Assembly (NCBI GenBank): GCA_030697795.1
Contig: JAUYOV010000004.1
Coordinates: 77,886-141,885, forward strand
Reading direction: 5' to 3'
DNA: 64,000 bases
Source: a bacterium
GTDB lineage: Bacteria > Patescibacteriota > Minisyncoccia > JACQLN01
Part shown: positions 8,966 through 18,569 of the stretch, piece by piece
Layout: every line of letters starts with the position of its first letter
Position numbering within the stretch: the stretch's first letter is position 1
Made by a program: the position numbers and the translations under genes
Notes under the pieces: model-generated
What the model saw: only the letters and a program-made list of their open reading frames with translations
Told to the model about the DNA's origin: nothing
The model's database searches: none

Positions 8966-10174
8966 CTACAGGCTACTGCTTAGATTATATATCGGAAGTA
9001 AAATAGCTGCAACTAAAACCCCTGCGGCAATACCCAAAATCAATATTAAAAGCGGCTGAATAAGCGAGGTTAGGTTTTCCATTATGTTATCCACATCTTT
9101 TTGGAAAAAAGTAGCTATTTTGGTGAGTAAAACGTCTAACTTGCCTGTCTGTTCGCCTATCATAATCATTTGAGAAACTAGGGGCGGTATATCTTTCTCT
9201 GCAGAAAAAACAGAATTTATAGTGTTACCCTTCCTTACTTCTTCCCTAGCTTTTAATATTATAGTTTTAAAAACAAAATTTCCCACTACGTCCGCGGTTA
9301 TAGTTAAAGACTGAATTATGGGAATACCCCCTTTAATTAGCGTGCCTAAGTTTTCTGAAAACCTGGCTAAATAAATTTTCCTAAATATTCCCCCAAAGAT
9401 TGGCAAATGCAACTTAATTTTATCCCAAGTGTCCTGGCCTTTTTTTGTTTGAAGCGTATACCAAGTGCCTACGCCCAGCCCGCTCAATATTAAAAGTGCC
9501 AGCCACCAATAATTTCTCATAAAATCGCTTAGGCCTATTATGGCTCTTGTTATAACAGGTAACTCTTGACCTGATTCCAGCAAAACTCCGGTAAGTTGAG
9601 GAATAACAAAAATCATCATAACAGCTCCCACAATAACCAAAGAGGCCACAACAAAAATTGGATAGGTTAGCGCGCCTTTAACTTTTTTGTTTAAGTCGTA
9701 AGATCTTTCTTCGTGATCCGCCAAATAATTAAGAACCTCTTGCAATCTGCCCGAAACTTCTCCGGCTTTCACCACCGAAACATAAAAAAAAGAAAAAACT
9801 TTAGGAAATTTTTCCAGAGATTGAGAAAAAGCAGTGCCAGAATCAACATCGGAAGCTACTTCTTTAATTATTTTTTTTAAAGCCGGCGCAGACTGTTCCG
9901 ACAATGTTCGTAAAGCCTGAACCAAAGGCACCTGCGCATCAAAAAGAACAGCAAGTTGTCTAGAAAAAATTACGAGGTCCTGATTTTTTACTTTATTAAA
10001 AAAAGGCAACTCACCGCTTAAACTTAAAGCGAAGCCTTTTTTTTCTTCGATGATTTCCAAAATAACCAACCCATAGCGATGCAAGGTTTCTAAAGCTACG
10101 TCTTTATTGGGAGCTTCTACCACACCGGTTTGAATAGCTCCTTGGGCTGTTCTGGCTTGATAATTGAACTTCAT
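8966..10174 (-). CDS. pilC: type IV pilus assembly platform protein PilC (GspF family)
   Basis: 402 aa; two GspF-type repeats; membrane helices. Confidence 0.9.
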   Translation of the reverse strand: MKFNYQARTAQGAIQTGVVEAPNKDVALETLHRYGLVILEIIEEKKGFALSLSGELPFFNKVKNQDLVIFSRQLAVLFDAQVPLVQALRTLSEQSAPALKKIIKEVASDVDSGTAFSQSLEKFPKVFSFFYVSVVKAGEVSGRLQEVLNYLADHEERSYDLNKKVKGALTYPIFVVASLVIVGAVMMIFVIPQLTGVLLESGQELPVITRAIIGLSDFMRNYWWLALLILSGLGVGTWYTLQTKKGQDTWDKIKLHLPIFGGIFRKIYLARFSENLGTLIKGGIPIIQSLTITADVVGNFVFKTIILKAREEVRKGNTINSVFSAEKDIPPLVSQMIMIGEQTGKLDVLLTKIATFFQKDVDNIMENLTSLIQPLLILILGIAAGVLVAAILLPIYNLSSSL

Positions 10175-10290
10175 ATAATATGCTAATCAACAAATTATGC
10201 GAATGATACGAATATTTTATACGAACTTTAATAACCTGTATTCGTTATTTTATTTGTATAATTCGCATACATTCGTATATTGGTATATTA

Positions 10291-11361
10291 TTAACGCGAT
10301 AGTAAAGTAGAGAGTTCGGACGGATTTAGCGAATATATTTCCGCATTTTCTAGCGATATCTGCCCTTGTCTAACTAATTCTGAAAGCGATCTGTTTAAAG
10401 AAATCATACCTTTATCTGTGCTGGTTTCTATAACTAAATCTATTTGATGTATTTTATTTTCTCGAATTAAATTTCTAACGGCATAATTAGCTATCAAAAC
10501 TTCCACGGCCGGCACTAAACCGCCATCTACTTTAGGCACCAAGCGTTGAGAAACTATACCCAAAAGAGCACCAGCTAATTGCAATCTTATTTGAGCTTGT
10601 TGTTCCGGCGGAAAGCTATCTAAAATTCTATCTACAGTCTGCGAGGCTGAATTTGTATGCAACGTGGCAAAAACTAAATGGCCCGTTTCGGCGGCTGTAA
10701 CGGCTGTAGCAATAGTTTCTTTGTCTCTCATTTCGCCTAACATAACCACATCGGCATCCTGCCTAAAAATAGACCTTAACGCCCTGTTAAAACTTAAGGT
10801 ATCCATACCAACTTCGCGCTGTTCTATAATGGCGCGATCCGGCGTAAAAATATATTCTATCGGGTCTTCTATGGTAATTATATGATCCGAACGCTTATGA
10901 TTTATTTCATCTATTAAGGCGGCCAAGGTGGTTGACTTGCCATGCCCTGTGGGGCCAGAAACAATTACGAAGCCTTGGCTGGGCCTAGTAAAATCTTTTA
11001 AAACATGGGGCAAACCCAGTTCATCTATACTTTTTATTTTGTGGGGAATCAGTCTTAAAGCCGCAGAAGTATAACCTTTTTGAATATAAATATTGGTCCT
11101 GAATCTTATTTTATCTTTAAAGCTAAAGGCAAAATCTATTTCCTTAAATTTTTTAAAACGCAGTTTTTTTTCTTCATCCATCAAGGCTAAACACAACCCT
11201 TCGGAACGTTCGGGGGTTACAATCTGTTTTTGAGCCAGTTGAATCAGTTCGCCATCAACACGCAACACCGGCGGACGGCCGGGCGCAATATGCAAATCGG
11301 ACGCCCCTTGTTCGGCCGCCACAAGCATTAACTCTTCTATTTCGCGTTGATAGTTATCCAT
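10291..11361 (-). CDS. pilT: twitching-motility retraction ATPase PilT
   Basis: 356 aa GspE-family ATPase core with Walker A SGPTGHGKST and no N-terminal extension. Confidence 0.8.
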   Translation of the reverse strand: MDNYQREIEELMLVAAEQGASDLHIAPGRPPVLRVDGELIQLAQKQIVTPERSEGLCLALMDEEKKLRFKKFKEIDFAFSFKDKIRFRTNIYIQKGYTSAALRLIPHKIKSIDELGLPHVLKDFTRPSQGFVIVSGPTGHGKSTTLAALIDEINHKRSDHIITIEDPIEYIFTPDRAIIEQREVGMDTLSFNRALRSIFRQDADVVMLGEMRDKETIATAVTAAETGHLVFATLHTNSASQTVDRILDSFPPEQQAQIRLQLAGALLGIVSQRLVPKVDGGLVPAVEVLIANYAVRNLIRENKIHQIDLVIETSTDKGMISLNRSLSELVRQGQISLENAEIYSLNPSELSTLLSR

Positions 11362-11553
11362 GCCAATTTTGTCTGCGAGAGTAGCGAGCAGTTACAAAAT
11401 TGAGCACCCCGCCCTTTAGGTTAATAATATATAATGCGAGTAAATTATTTTTTATCAAACTTGATTTCATATCTAATTATCTAATTAGACTATTTTTATT
11501 CAAAGGGCGGGGTAAGGTTTCGCGACCAATCGCTCCGCTCTTGGGCCAAGCCC

Positions 11554-11922
11554 TTACTTTAAAATATCTTTAACCTTCGCCACTACTTCTGTAGGCGTAA
11601 AATGCGCCTTTATAATATAACTTTGCGCGCCTAGTTCCAAACCTCTTTTAACATCGCTGTCTAAACCTAAATTGGTAAGCATTACCACCGGAATTTTTGC
11701 CATAACAGGATCAGATTTTAATATTTTTAAAACTTCAAAACCATCTTTTTTTGGTAAAACAATATCTAAAAGAATAAGTTCGGGCATAATTTCTTTGGCT
11801 TTAGCCAGACCCATTTCTCCATCTTGAGCCACAACCACATCAAAACCAACCTCTTTAAATTTTGTAGAGTACATATCCAAAAGAAACGGGTCATCCTCCA
11901 CAAGTAATATCTTATGTGACAT
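11554..11922 (-). CDS. single-domain response regulator (CheY/PilH-like receiver)
   Basis: Receiver motifs LLVEDDP...LLDIVLPKKDG...K. Confidence 0.8.
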   Translation of the reverse strand: MSHKILLVEDDPFLLDMYSTKFKEVGFDVVVAQDGEMGLAKAKEIMPELILLDIVLPKKDGFEVLKILKSDPVMAKIPVVMLTNLGLDSDVKRGLELGAQSYIIKAHFTPTEVVAKVKDILK

Positions 11923-12080
11923 ATTATAATATCTAATTCCTAATTTCTAATAAAATGCCTAATATCTAAACCCTAATGACAAATCAATGCCAAACGATTG
12001 AATGTCAAAGAAATAATAATTTATAATTAGTCATTTGGATTTGATTGGACATTTGTTATTAGAAATTTGTCATTTCAAAT

Positions 12081-13820
12081 TTACTCTTCTACTACTCTCA
12101 AAACTTCTTCAATAGAAACCAGCCCCACCAACGCTTTCATTATACCATCCTGTTTCATGGTAATCATCCCCTGTCTTTTGGCCTCTTCAGCTATAATATA
12201 ATCCGATAGTTCCTTGCTTAAAATAACCTTTTCCATTTCTTTATTCATTTCGATAGCTTCAAAAATAGCCAGTCGGCCTTTGGTACCTTTATGACCACAA
12301 GTAGCGCAACCCTTAGCTTCAAAAATCTTATACGGTTTTTTTATTCCATATTTTTCGGCTTCGGCTTCGGGCACCTCGGCCAAGGTTTCGTTAACCACCT
12401 TAGAAAATTTATCTGGCAAAGCCATCGGCTTAGCGCAGTCTTTGCACATCTTTTTAACCAATCTTTGAGCCATGCCGGCCACCAGCGTAGATGGAATCAA
12501 AAATTTATCTACATCCATATCCACCAAGCGGGGTATTATACCCACCGCATTATTAGTGTGAAGCGTAGAAAAAACTAAGTGCCCCGTTAAAGCAGCATGC
12601 GTAGCTAAACCGGCAGTTTCTTTATCGCGAATTTCGCCTACCATAATAATATTAGGATCTTGCCTTAAGATGCTCCTTAAGCCCGAAGCAAAAGTGTACT
12701 CAATTTCGGGTTTGATTTGAGATTGGTTAACGCCCGGAATATAATATTCCACCGGATCTTCCAAAGTAATAATATTGACGCCTTCTTTATTTACATAATT
12801 AAGCGTGGTGTAAAGCGTAGTAGATTTGCCAGAACCAGTGGGACCCGTAATTAAAATAACGCCGAAGGGGTTTTTAATAGCTCTTTCATAAATTTCTAAA
12901 CTTTTTCCAATCAAACCTAAATCCGTAAAATTTCCTACACCCGCGTTGGGATCTAAAATTCTTAGAGCAATTTTTTCACCAAAAGTCGTGGGCAAAGAAG
13001 AAACCCTAAAATCCACATTGTTGGCGCCAACCTTAGTGCGAAACCTACCATCCTGGGGAATTCTAGTTTCATCTATTTTAAGGTTAGATAAAACTTTTAT
13101 ACGGCTGATTATGGCGTTATGCGTGCTTTTGGGCAGTGTCATTGATGAATGCAAAGCGCCATCTAAACGAAAACGAATTCTCGTTTCATTTTCTAGCGGT
13201 TCTATGTGAATATCGGAAGCCTTGCCTTCGACTGCATACCGAAGCATAACCGCCACAACTTTAGTTATGGGAGCTTCGGCGGCTAGCTGTTCAACTTTTT
13301 CGCCGGTAAATTCCTCTGTACCAAGTTTTTCGACATCTTCGATTAATTCTTGATTTAACTGTTCAAGGGCGCTGGTAACCTCTTTACCAAGATTTCTATA
13401 CTTTTGAGAAACATTGGCAAAATCAGAATCTAAAATAACATAAACATTGGGCATGAAACCATTTTTTACAGAAATAAACTTTAAAGCTTCTCTGCCCTCA
13501 ACATCATCCGGATCAACCATGCCCACTATTAAATTGTTGCCATTTTTCTCTACTGGTAAAAACTTATAATGCAAAACGGCGTCTTCGGGCAAAAGCTGTA
13601 GAACCTCTGGCGGAATATTTTTGCCGGTAAGTTCAAGCAGGGGTAAACCCATAATAGCGCTTTTGGCTTTAAGAAATTCCGCTGGTTTTATTAAAAAATT
13701 CTTTAATAAAATTTGCTCTAATTCCGCCACATTGCTAAGCGCAGATAGAGCCAGCGATTTAGCCTGGCTCTCTTTAATTAAATTATTGTCTATAAGATAT
13801 GCAATTAATTTTTCTAGCAT
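12081..13820 (-). CDS. pilB: type IV pilus assembly ATPase PilB (GspE family)
   Basis: 579 aa; N-terminal GspII_E domains; Walker A GPTGSGKST; Cys tetrad. Confidence 0.9.
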   Translation of the reverse strand: MLEKLIAYLIDNNLIKESQAKSLALSALSNVAELEQILLKNFLIKPAEFLKAKSAIMGLPLLELTGKNIPPEVLQLLPEDAVLHYKFLPVEKNGNNLIVGMVDPDDVEGREALKFISVKNGFMPNVYVILDSDFANVSQKYRNLGKEVTSALEQLNQELIEDVEKLGTEEFTGEKVEQLAAEAPITKVVAVMLRYAVEGKASDIHIEPLENETRIRFRLDGALHSSMTLPKSTHNAIISRIKVLSNLKIDETRIPQDGRFRTKVGANNVDFRVSSLPTTFGEKIALRILDPNAGVGNFTDLGLIGKSLEIYERAIKNPFGVILITGPTGSGKSTTLYTTLNYVNKEGVNIITLEDPVEYYIPGVNQSQIKPEIEYTFASGLRSILRQDPNIIMVGEIRDKETAGLATHAALTGHLVFSTLHTNNAVGIIPRLVDMDVDKFLIPSTLVAGMAQRLVKKMCKDCAKPMALPDKFSKVVNETLAEVPEAEAEKYGIKKPYKIFEAKGCATCGHKGTKGRLAIFEAIEMNKEMEKVILSKELSDYIIAEEAKRQGMITMKQDGIMKALVGLVSIEEVLRVVEE

Positions 13821-14038
13821 GTGCCTTTTTTGTCTAAATTTTAGAGCTTCTTTGTAGCGAATAAAATTTAGCTACAAAAGAGAGCACCCCGCCCTTTATA
13901 TCAACTATAATTGTTTTGATTAAATTTATTTTCACTAGATTTGATTTCGTGCTTATTTTTTATATATTTTGCTTAAAGGGCGGGGTTAGGTTTGGCAACC
14001 AAGAAACGTTCACTTCGTTCCGTTTCTTGGGCCAAGCC

Positions 14039-14341
14039 CTAATCTGAGAATGGATTACTTTTTCCTGTTGTTTGCGTTTCTATGGGCACACCTGGGGGTA
14101 TTTGCAAACTTTTAAATCTTTCATCTTCTAAAATTTTAACTTTTAAATCCGAAACCTGATCAGCCACTGTGGCGCTGGGAGTTCCAGCTACAACTGCGCT
14201 TTGTTCTGGTTGAACTGGCGGAGGCGAGCTACTGCCAAAAAAACCAAAGTAAAGAATCCCAAAACTAACCAAAACCAAAACTCCAAAAACTGCTAATAAA
14301 ATCCTTTTCTTTTTTATTTCTTTTGTGACAATTACAGCCAA
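14039..14341 (-). CDS. small membrane-anchored hypothetical protein (possible PilP analogue); TTG start abuts a repeat
   Basis: One N-terminal TM segment, then a Pro/Ser-rich linker. Lies between pilO and pilB. No SD sequence. Confidence 0.3.
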   Translation of the reverse strand: MAVIVTKEIKKKRILLAVFGVLVLVSFGILYFGFFGSSSPPPVQPEQSAVVAGTPSATVADQVSDLKVKILEDERFKSLQIPPGVPIETQTTGKSNPFSD

Positions 14342-14414
14342 GTTAGCTTTTAGCTTTTAGCTTTTAGCTTTCTAGAAAGATTTTCTAAAAAGCTAAGGGG
14401 CTAGGAAGCTAATA

Positions 14415-15008
14415 TTATTTCTTAAGAATATATGTTTTCATGCCGATATTATAATCTATGGCGGGGTCAATATTGGGCAAACTTTCTCCTTCAGCTGTTT
14501 TCTTTTTTGTTATAGAAAAAGAAATCTGGCCGACATCTATGATTCTTAAACTTTTTTGCACCGCCGCCAACCAAGATTTAAAAGAAGAATAAGTGCCCGA
14601 AGCATTTATATTTATGAGCAACTTACTTATGGTTTCTTTGGATACAGTTTGGCCCCTGCGGTTAGAAGTAACACCTGTAGTTTCGTTGGGGGCTTCAATA
14701 TTTACAGAGACCAAGCTAAGACCATTTTGGTTGGCTAAGCTTTCCATAATGCTTATTAATTCCGGCTTAAATTCAGAACTGGGAATAGCTTGCTCTAACC
14801 GCTCCACATTACTTTTTTGAGAATCTAAAACTTGGTTTATAGAATTTAATTTTTCAATAATTTTTTTCTCCAATTCTATAGAGGTCTTTTTTAAACCAAC
14901 CTCTTTTCTTAAAGTTGAAACATCACCCCAGGTTGGTAGAAGCAAGAACCACACAACTAAAAAGGCGCCGGCAAAAACAATTGAATTAATTATTAACTTG
15001 CTATTCAT
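14415..15008 (-). CDS. PilO-like pilus assembly protein
   Basis: N-terminal TM segment plus coiled-coil; position in the pilMNO order. Confidence 0.5.
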   Translation of the reverse strand: MNSKLIINSIVFAGAFLVVWFLLLPTWGDVSTLRKEVGLKKTSIELEKKIIEKLNSINQVLDSQKSNVERLEQAIPSSEFKPELISIMESLANQNGLSLVSVNIEAPNETTGVTSNRRGQTVSKETISKLLININASGTYSSFKSWLAAVQKSLRIIDVGQISFSITKKKTAEGESLPNIDPAIDYNIGMKTYILKK

Positions 15009-15577
15009 TTCTTAATTATAAGGTCTTTAGCAAACACAATCTTTAAACCAAAATTAACTTTGCCCTCGGCCGACAAGGCAATGTTGGAAGACATCACTGA
15101 AACAACATGGGGCGTATCTTCAAGAATTTTGATCTGTTGAGCTAAAGCGGCATAACTGGGAGCCGCACCCGACATATTTATAATATTATCCGCATCGGAA
15201 GCTTCTAATGTTTTAAAAGTTATGGAATTTAGGGTTTTAGCCTCCAATACCTCAAAAAATAACGTCCAGTATTTATGCTCATCTAAAACTCCCTTAAAAA
15301 TTTCTAAAACTGAATTTAAGTTTTTTAAACGATTTTCCAAACTAACATCTCTTTGGCTGGTCAAATTTTGTAATTCGGTATTGAAAGCTTTGGCTTGATT
15401 ACTTAACTGATACTTCCAAAAATAAAGGCCACCGGCCACCACAAGAAGTAAGGCTATAAAACCCAAACCCAACTTTGAAAGAGCACTTAACTCTATATCT
15501 GGTTTTTTAAAAGAAGAAAACTTGGGCAAGCCATCGCCACCCGATTCTTCTTTTGGAATTAATGAAATATTTTCCAT
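15005..15577 (-). CDS. PilN-like pilus assembly protein
   Basis: Single TM segment and coiled-coil; overlaps pilO by 4 nt. Confidence 0.5.
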   Translation of the reverse strand: MENISLIPKEESGGDGLPKFSSFKKPDIELSALSKLGLGFIALLLVVAGGLYFWKYQLSNQAKAFNTELQNLTSQRDVSLENRLKNLNSVLEIFKGVLDEHKYWTLFFEVLEAKTLNSITFKTLEASDADNIINMSGAAPSYAALAQQIKILEDTPHVVSVMSSNIALSAEGKVNFGLKIVFAKDLIIKK

Positions 15578-15664
15578 ACTTTTCGCTAATATACGAATTG
15601 ATTCGAATATACTAATAAGAATTCATTCGCTATATTAGTGTTGATTAGTTATATTGGCGAAAAC

Positions 15665-16777
15665 TCATAGTCCTCGCATAGCCAGTCCAATCGAAACCGC
15701 TAAATTTGAACCCAGCTCACGCCTTAAAGTTTGTTCTAGAACAGCCTCGTATTTAATCTTGCCCAGCGGATTGCCCACGGTCACAACCACGCCCAACTTC
15801 TTGCTAAGATACTCTGCCATCCCCGGCATATTAGCGGTGCCACCTGTTAAAATTATTTTATCTATTTTCCTGTTCTCTTTCTTGCTAAAAATACTCTCCA
15901 TCCTTTCTATTTCGCTAACCAACCTATCCACAAAAGGACCAATCACTTGAGCCAGACCCTTGTCGCTAGCCGCCATGGCTACGCCCGAACCCTTTTTTAG
16001 TTCTTCGGCTCTTTTGGTATCAACATTTAAGCTATGCCCAATGATCTTGGTTAATTCTTTGCCAGAAAGATCAGCACTGTGGCTCATAAAAATAAAACCT
16101 TTATGCAAAATTGTTAAATTTGAACTTCTGGCGCCCATGTCTACTAGCATAATAGAGCTTGGATCGCCTCCAGCCAAAGAGCGGGCCAAACTAAAACTTT
16201 CGGATTCCAATGAGGCAAGTTTTAAACCAGCCCCCACAGCTATTCTTTGATATTTAGAAACAACTTCTTTAGGTACAGCAATAAGCAGCACCATTATTTT
16301 TTCTGGACGATTCTGGTTAACACCCACAGGAGCTTCTCCAGCTTTTAAAGCAGTAGTGGTTTCTTCGTGCGGCAGAACTATCCAATCCAAAACAACTTCC
16401 GATAACGGCACAGGAATATACGACCGAGCTTCAAAGGGTACTGCGCTTTCTAATTCTTTTTTATCCAAATTCGGTAACTCCATAACCGTAAGAAAACTAG
16501 AAAAAATAGGAATAGACATAACTGCTGTATCCGCCTTGATCTTTGTTTTTTCTAAAAGCTGTTTTATTAGCGCAGAAACATCACCCTCGGCTACCTTTAA
16601 ACCAGAGGGAATACTTGAACCATTGGTTATCTCTCCAAAAAAATCGGAATCTGAAATTAATCCGTAATTAGCCAACTTAATGAGGTTATCTTCTTTTTCT
16701 AGTTCGACGATCTTGATGGAGGAAGTACCAACATCAACGCCAAGCTGGCGCCGGATTTTACGACTAAATGGCCACAT
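15665..16777 (-). CDS. pilM: type IV pilus assembly ATPase-like protein PilM (actin fold)
   Basis: LGVDVGTSSIKIVEL N-terminus and the DxG actin-like motifs. Confidence 0.85.
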   Translation of the reverse strand: MWPFSRKIRRQLGVDVGTSSIKIVELEKEDNLIKLANYGLISDSDFFGEITNGSSIPSGLKVAEGDVSALIKQLLEKTKIKADTAVMSIPIFSSFLTVMELPNLDKKELESAVPFEARSYIPVPLSEVVLDWIVLPHEETTTALKAGEAPVGVNQNRPEKIMVLLIAVPKEVVSKYQRIAVGAGLKLASLESESFSLARSLAGGDPSSIMLVDMGARSSNLTILHKGFIFMSHSADLSGKELTKIIGHSLNVDTKRAEELKKGSGVAMAASDKGLAQVIGPFVDRLVSEIERMESIFSKKENRKIDKIILTGGTANMPGMAEYLSKKLGVVVTVGNPLGKIKYEAVLEQTLRRELGSNLAVSIGLAMRGL

Positions 16778-16885
16778 AAATAAAATAGGTTTCCTTGTTA
16801 AAATTATAGCACTATTCCTAAATAAACTTAGGTTACGCGGTTATCCCCAATAGTAAAATTGATGGTATTAGCATATTTTTAAAGC

Positions 16886-17548
16886 ATGATGATATCAAAG
16901 AAGATTGATTCTCTATTATTTCCGTCATTTTGCATAAACTGCAAAAGCGATACACCCGAAGAACCGCCGAGTTTGCGCTGGCTATGTTTAAACTGCCATA
17001 GGTTATTGATAACTAAATGGGAAAAAGTTTCTTTTAAGCCAGATATTAGCGAAAGCTATTATATTTTTGATTACCAAAAAGATAAGCTAGCTAAAAAACT
17101 AATTCATACACTAAAATACGATTTTGTTAAAGAAATCGCCGATACTTTTAATGTAGGTATAGAAAGCGAGCGTATTAATTTTAGAAGGCTAGTGTTTGAT
17201 TTTATTGTGCCGGTTCCCTTACATAGACGACGCTTAAAAGAACGGGGATTTAACCAGAGCGAATTAATTGCTAAAAAAATTAGCGAGATAACAGAAAAAC
17301 CAATAATTGATAATATTTTAAAAAGGAAAAAATACCGTAGGCCCCAAATGGAAGTTAAAAACCGCGAAGCTAGAATAAAAAACACTCAAAATATATTTGA
17401 GTGTGTCCAACACCAGGTGTTGGACAATAAAGTAGTTTTGCTGATAGACGATGTGGCTACAACTGGCGCTACCTTAAAAGAATGTGCCCGCGTTTTAAAA
17501 AACGCAGGCGCACGTAGTATTTTGTCGTTTACACTGGCGCAGGATTAA
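16886..17548 (+). CDS. comFC: competence protein ComFC (phosphoribosyltransferase-like)
   Basis: N-terminal Zn-ribbon (CINCKS...CLNCH) and PRTase motif LLIDDVATTGATL. Confidence 0.8.
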   Translation: MMISKKIDSLLFPSFCINCKSDTPEEPPSLRWLCLNCHRLLITKWEKVSFKPDISESYYIFDYQKDKLAKKLIHTLKYDFVKEIADTFNVGIESERINFRRLVFDFIVPVPLHRRRLKERGFNQSELIAKKISEITEKPIIDNILKRKKYRRPQMEVKNREARIKNTQNIFECVQHQVLDNKVVLLIDDVATTGATLKECARVLKNAGARSILSFTLAQD

Positions 17549-17580
17549 AAAAGAGGCGGTTTGTTTTCCGCCTCCTATCA
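17549..17580 (-). terminator. hairpin gaggcggtttgttttccgcctc followed by a T-run on the minus strand (terminates ORF 17594-18052)
   Basis: seen directly in sequence. Confidence 0.45.
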
Positions 17581-17593
17581 ACTTGGATACTTT

Positions 17594-18052
17594 TTAGGGC
17601 TCAGTATACACACCTTGGGGATAGCGCTCTGACTGAAAAAAAGGAACCGGCATCTCACACTCTTCTGCATGAACTAATTGCGCCGCTCGAGTAATGAGGG
17701 TAGAAGCAATCAATGCCACTGGACGGTGAAGATAAATAAATCCCCTTCGGAATTCCACTTTCATCATATCAAACATTCTACAACCAGATCCATAGCCCCA
17801 TACACCAGTGTTCTGGGGACCAGCCGTTATACATAATTCCCAACTATTGAGCCCCTCTTGACCTAAAGGAGCAGAACATAAAATAAAATGCTTTAGTTCT
17901 TTTTCATCGCAAACAGCTATAATGCCTAACTCTTCTGCTAGTTCCCGAACCCGATAATGTCCATAAAAAATACGCTCGTATTCCTGTCCCACTCCTTGTT
18001 TTTCGGAAAACTCCTCAAAAAGCATCTTGGGAATATCTGTTATAGAATACAC
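17594..18052 (-). CDS. orphan hypothetical protein, cassette A (GTG start, AAGGAG RBS)
   Basis: Higher GC than its flanks. Its leader and hairpin are shared with ORF 18360-18569. Confidence 0.4.
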   Translation of the reverse strand: MYSITDIPKMLFEEFSEKQGVGQEYERIFYGHYRVRELAEELGIIAVCDEKELKHFILCSAPLGQEGLNSWELCITAGPQNTGVWGYGSGCRMFDMMKVEFRRGFIYLHRPVALIASTLITRAAQLVHAEECEMPVPFFQSERYPQGVYTEP

Positions 18053-18170
18053 GGCTATATTCTCCTTGTTTAAAATGAAAAAACTATCCTTTTCTGTTTA
18101 CCAACAAAATACCATCTCCAACCATACCCGTCAATTCAACTTAGCATGAGCTTGCGATCGCAAGCTCGGG

Positions 18171-18317
18171 TGTGTCCAACACCAGGTGTTGGACACTAAA
18201 GTAATTTTGCTGGTGGACGATGTGGCCACCACCGGTGCCACATTAAAAGAGTGCGCCCGCGTTTTAAAAAACGCGGGCGCAGATAGAATATTGTCGTTTA
18301 CATTGGCGCAGGATTAA
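18171..18317 (+). pseudogene. duplicated 3' end of comFC (approx. 147 nt, ~90% identical to 17401-17548)
   Basis: Direct alignment; the fragment encodes ...VQHQVLDTKVILLVDDVATTGATLKECARVLKNAGADRILSFTLAQD*. Confidence 0.75.
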
Positions 18318-18359
18318 AAAGGGATTGCCGTCTTTTTGGCAACCCCCTAGGTTTTACTT

Positions 18360-18569
18360 CTAGCCGTCACCGCGGCAGTCAGGGCAACACTGTTGATCGT
18401 CTAGATGCTCGACACGAATTGCGCGTCCGCATCCTCCTTTGCAACGCTTGGCAAAACGGCTGATCAGCAGAAATCTTTCATCTGCTAATTCATTTTCGCC
18501 AAGCCATTGATTTTTGCTCTGTGCTGGCGACTGTTCATTACTCGTTGGTTGCCTAGTCAAATGACCCAT
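18360..18569 (-). CDS. orphan small Cys-rich protein, cassette B (zinc-ribbon-like CxxxC...CCPDC)
   Basis: aaaAAGGAGG RBS 6 nt before the ATG; GC about 50%; terminator hairpin downstream at 18318-18345. Confidence 0.4.
   Translation of the reverse strand: MGHLTRQPTSNEQSPAQSKNQWLGENELADERFLLISRFAKRCKGGCGRAIRVEHLDDQQCCPDCRGDG

Noticed and set aside
12291-13857. Plus-strand ORFs inside pilB (12291-12578, 12946-13209, 13621-13857)
   Set aside because: Shadow ORFs antisense to pilB.
14341-14372. Tandem (TAGCTTTT)x3 repeat that superficially resembles a CRISPR or VNTR array
   Set aside because: The units are only 8 nt and there are no spacers. It is part of the palindromic AGCTAAAAG element family, not a CRISPR array.
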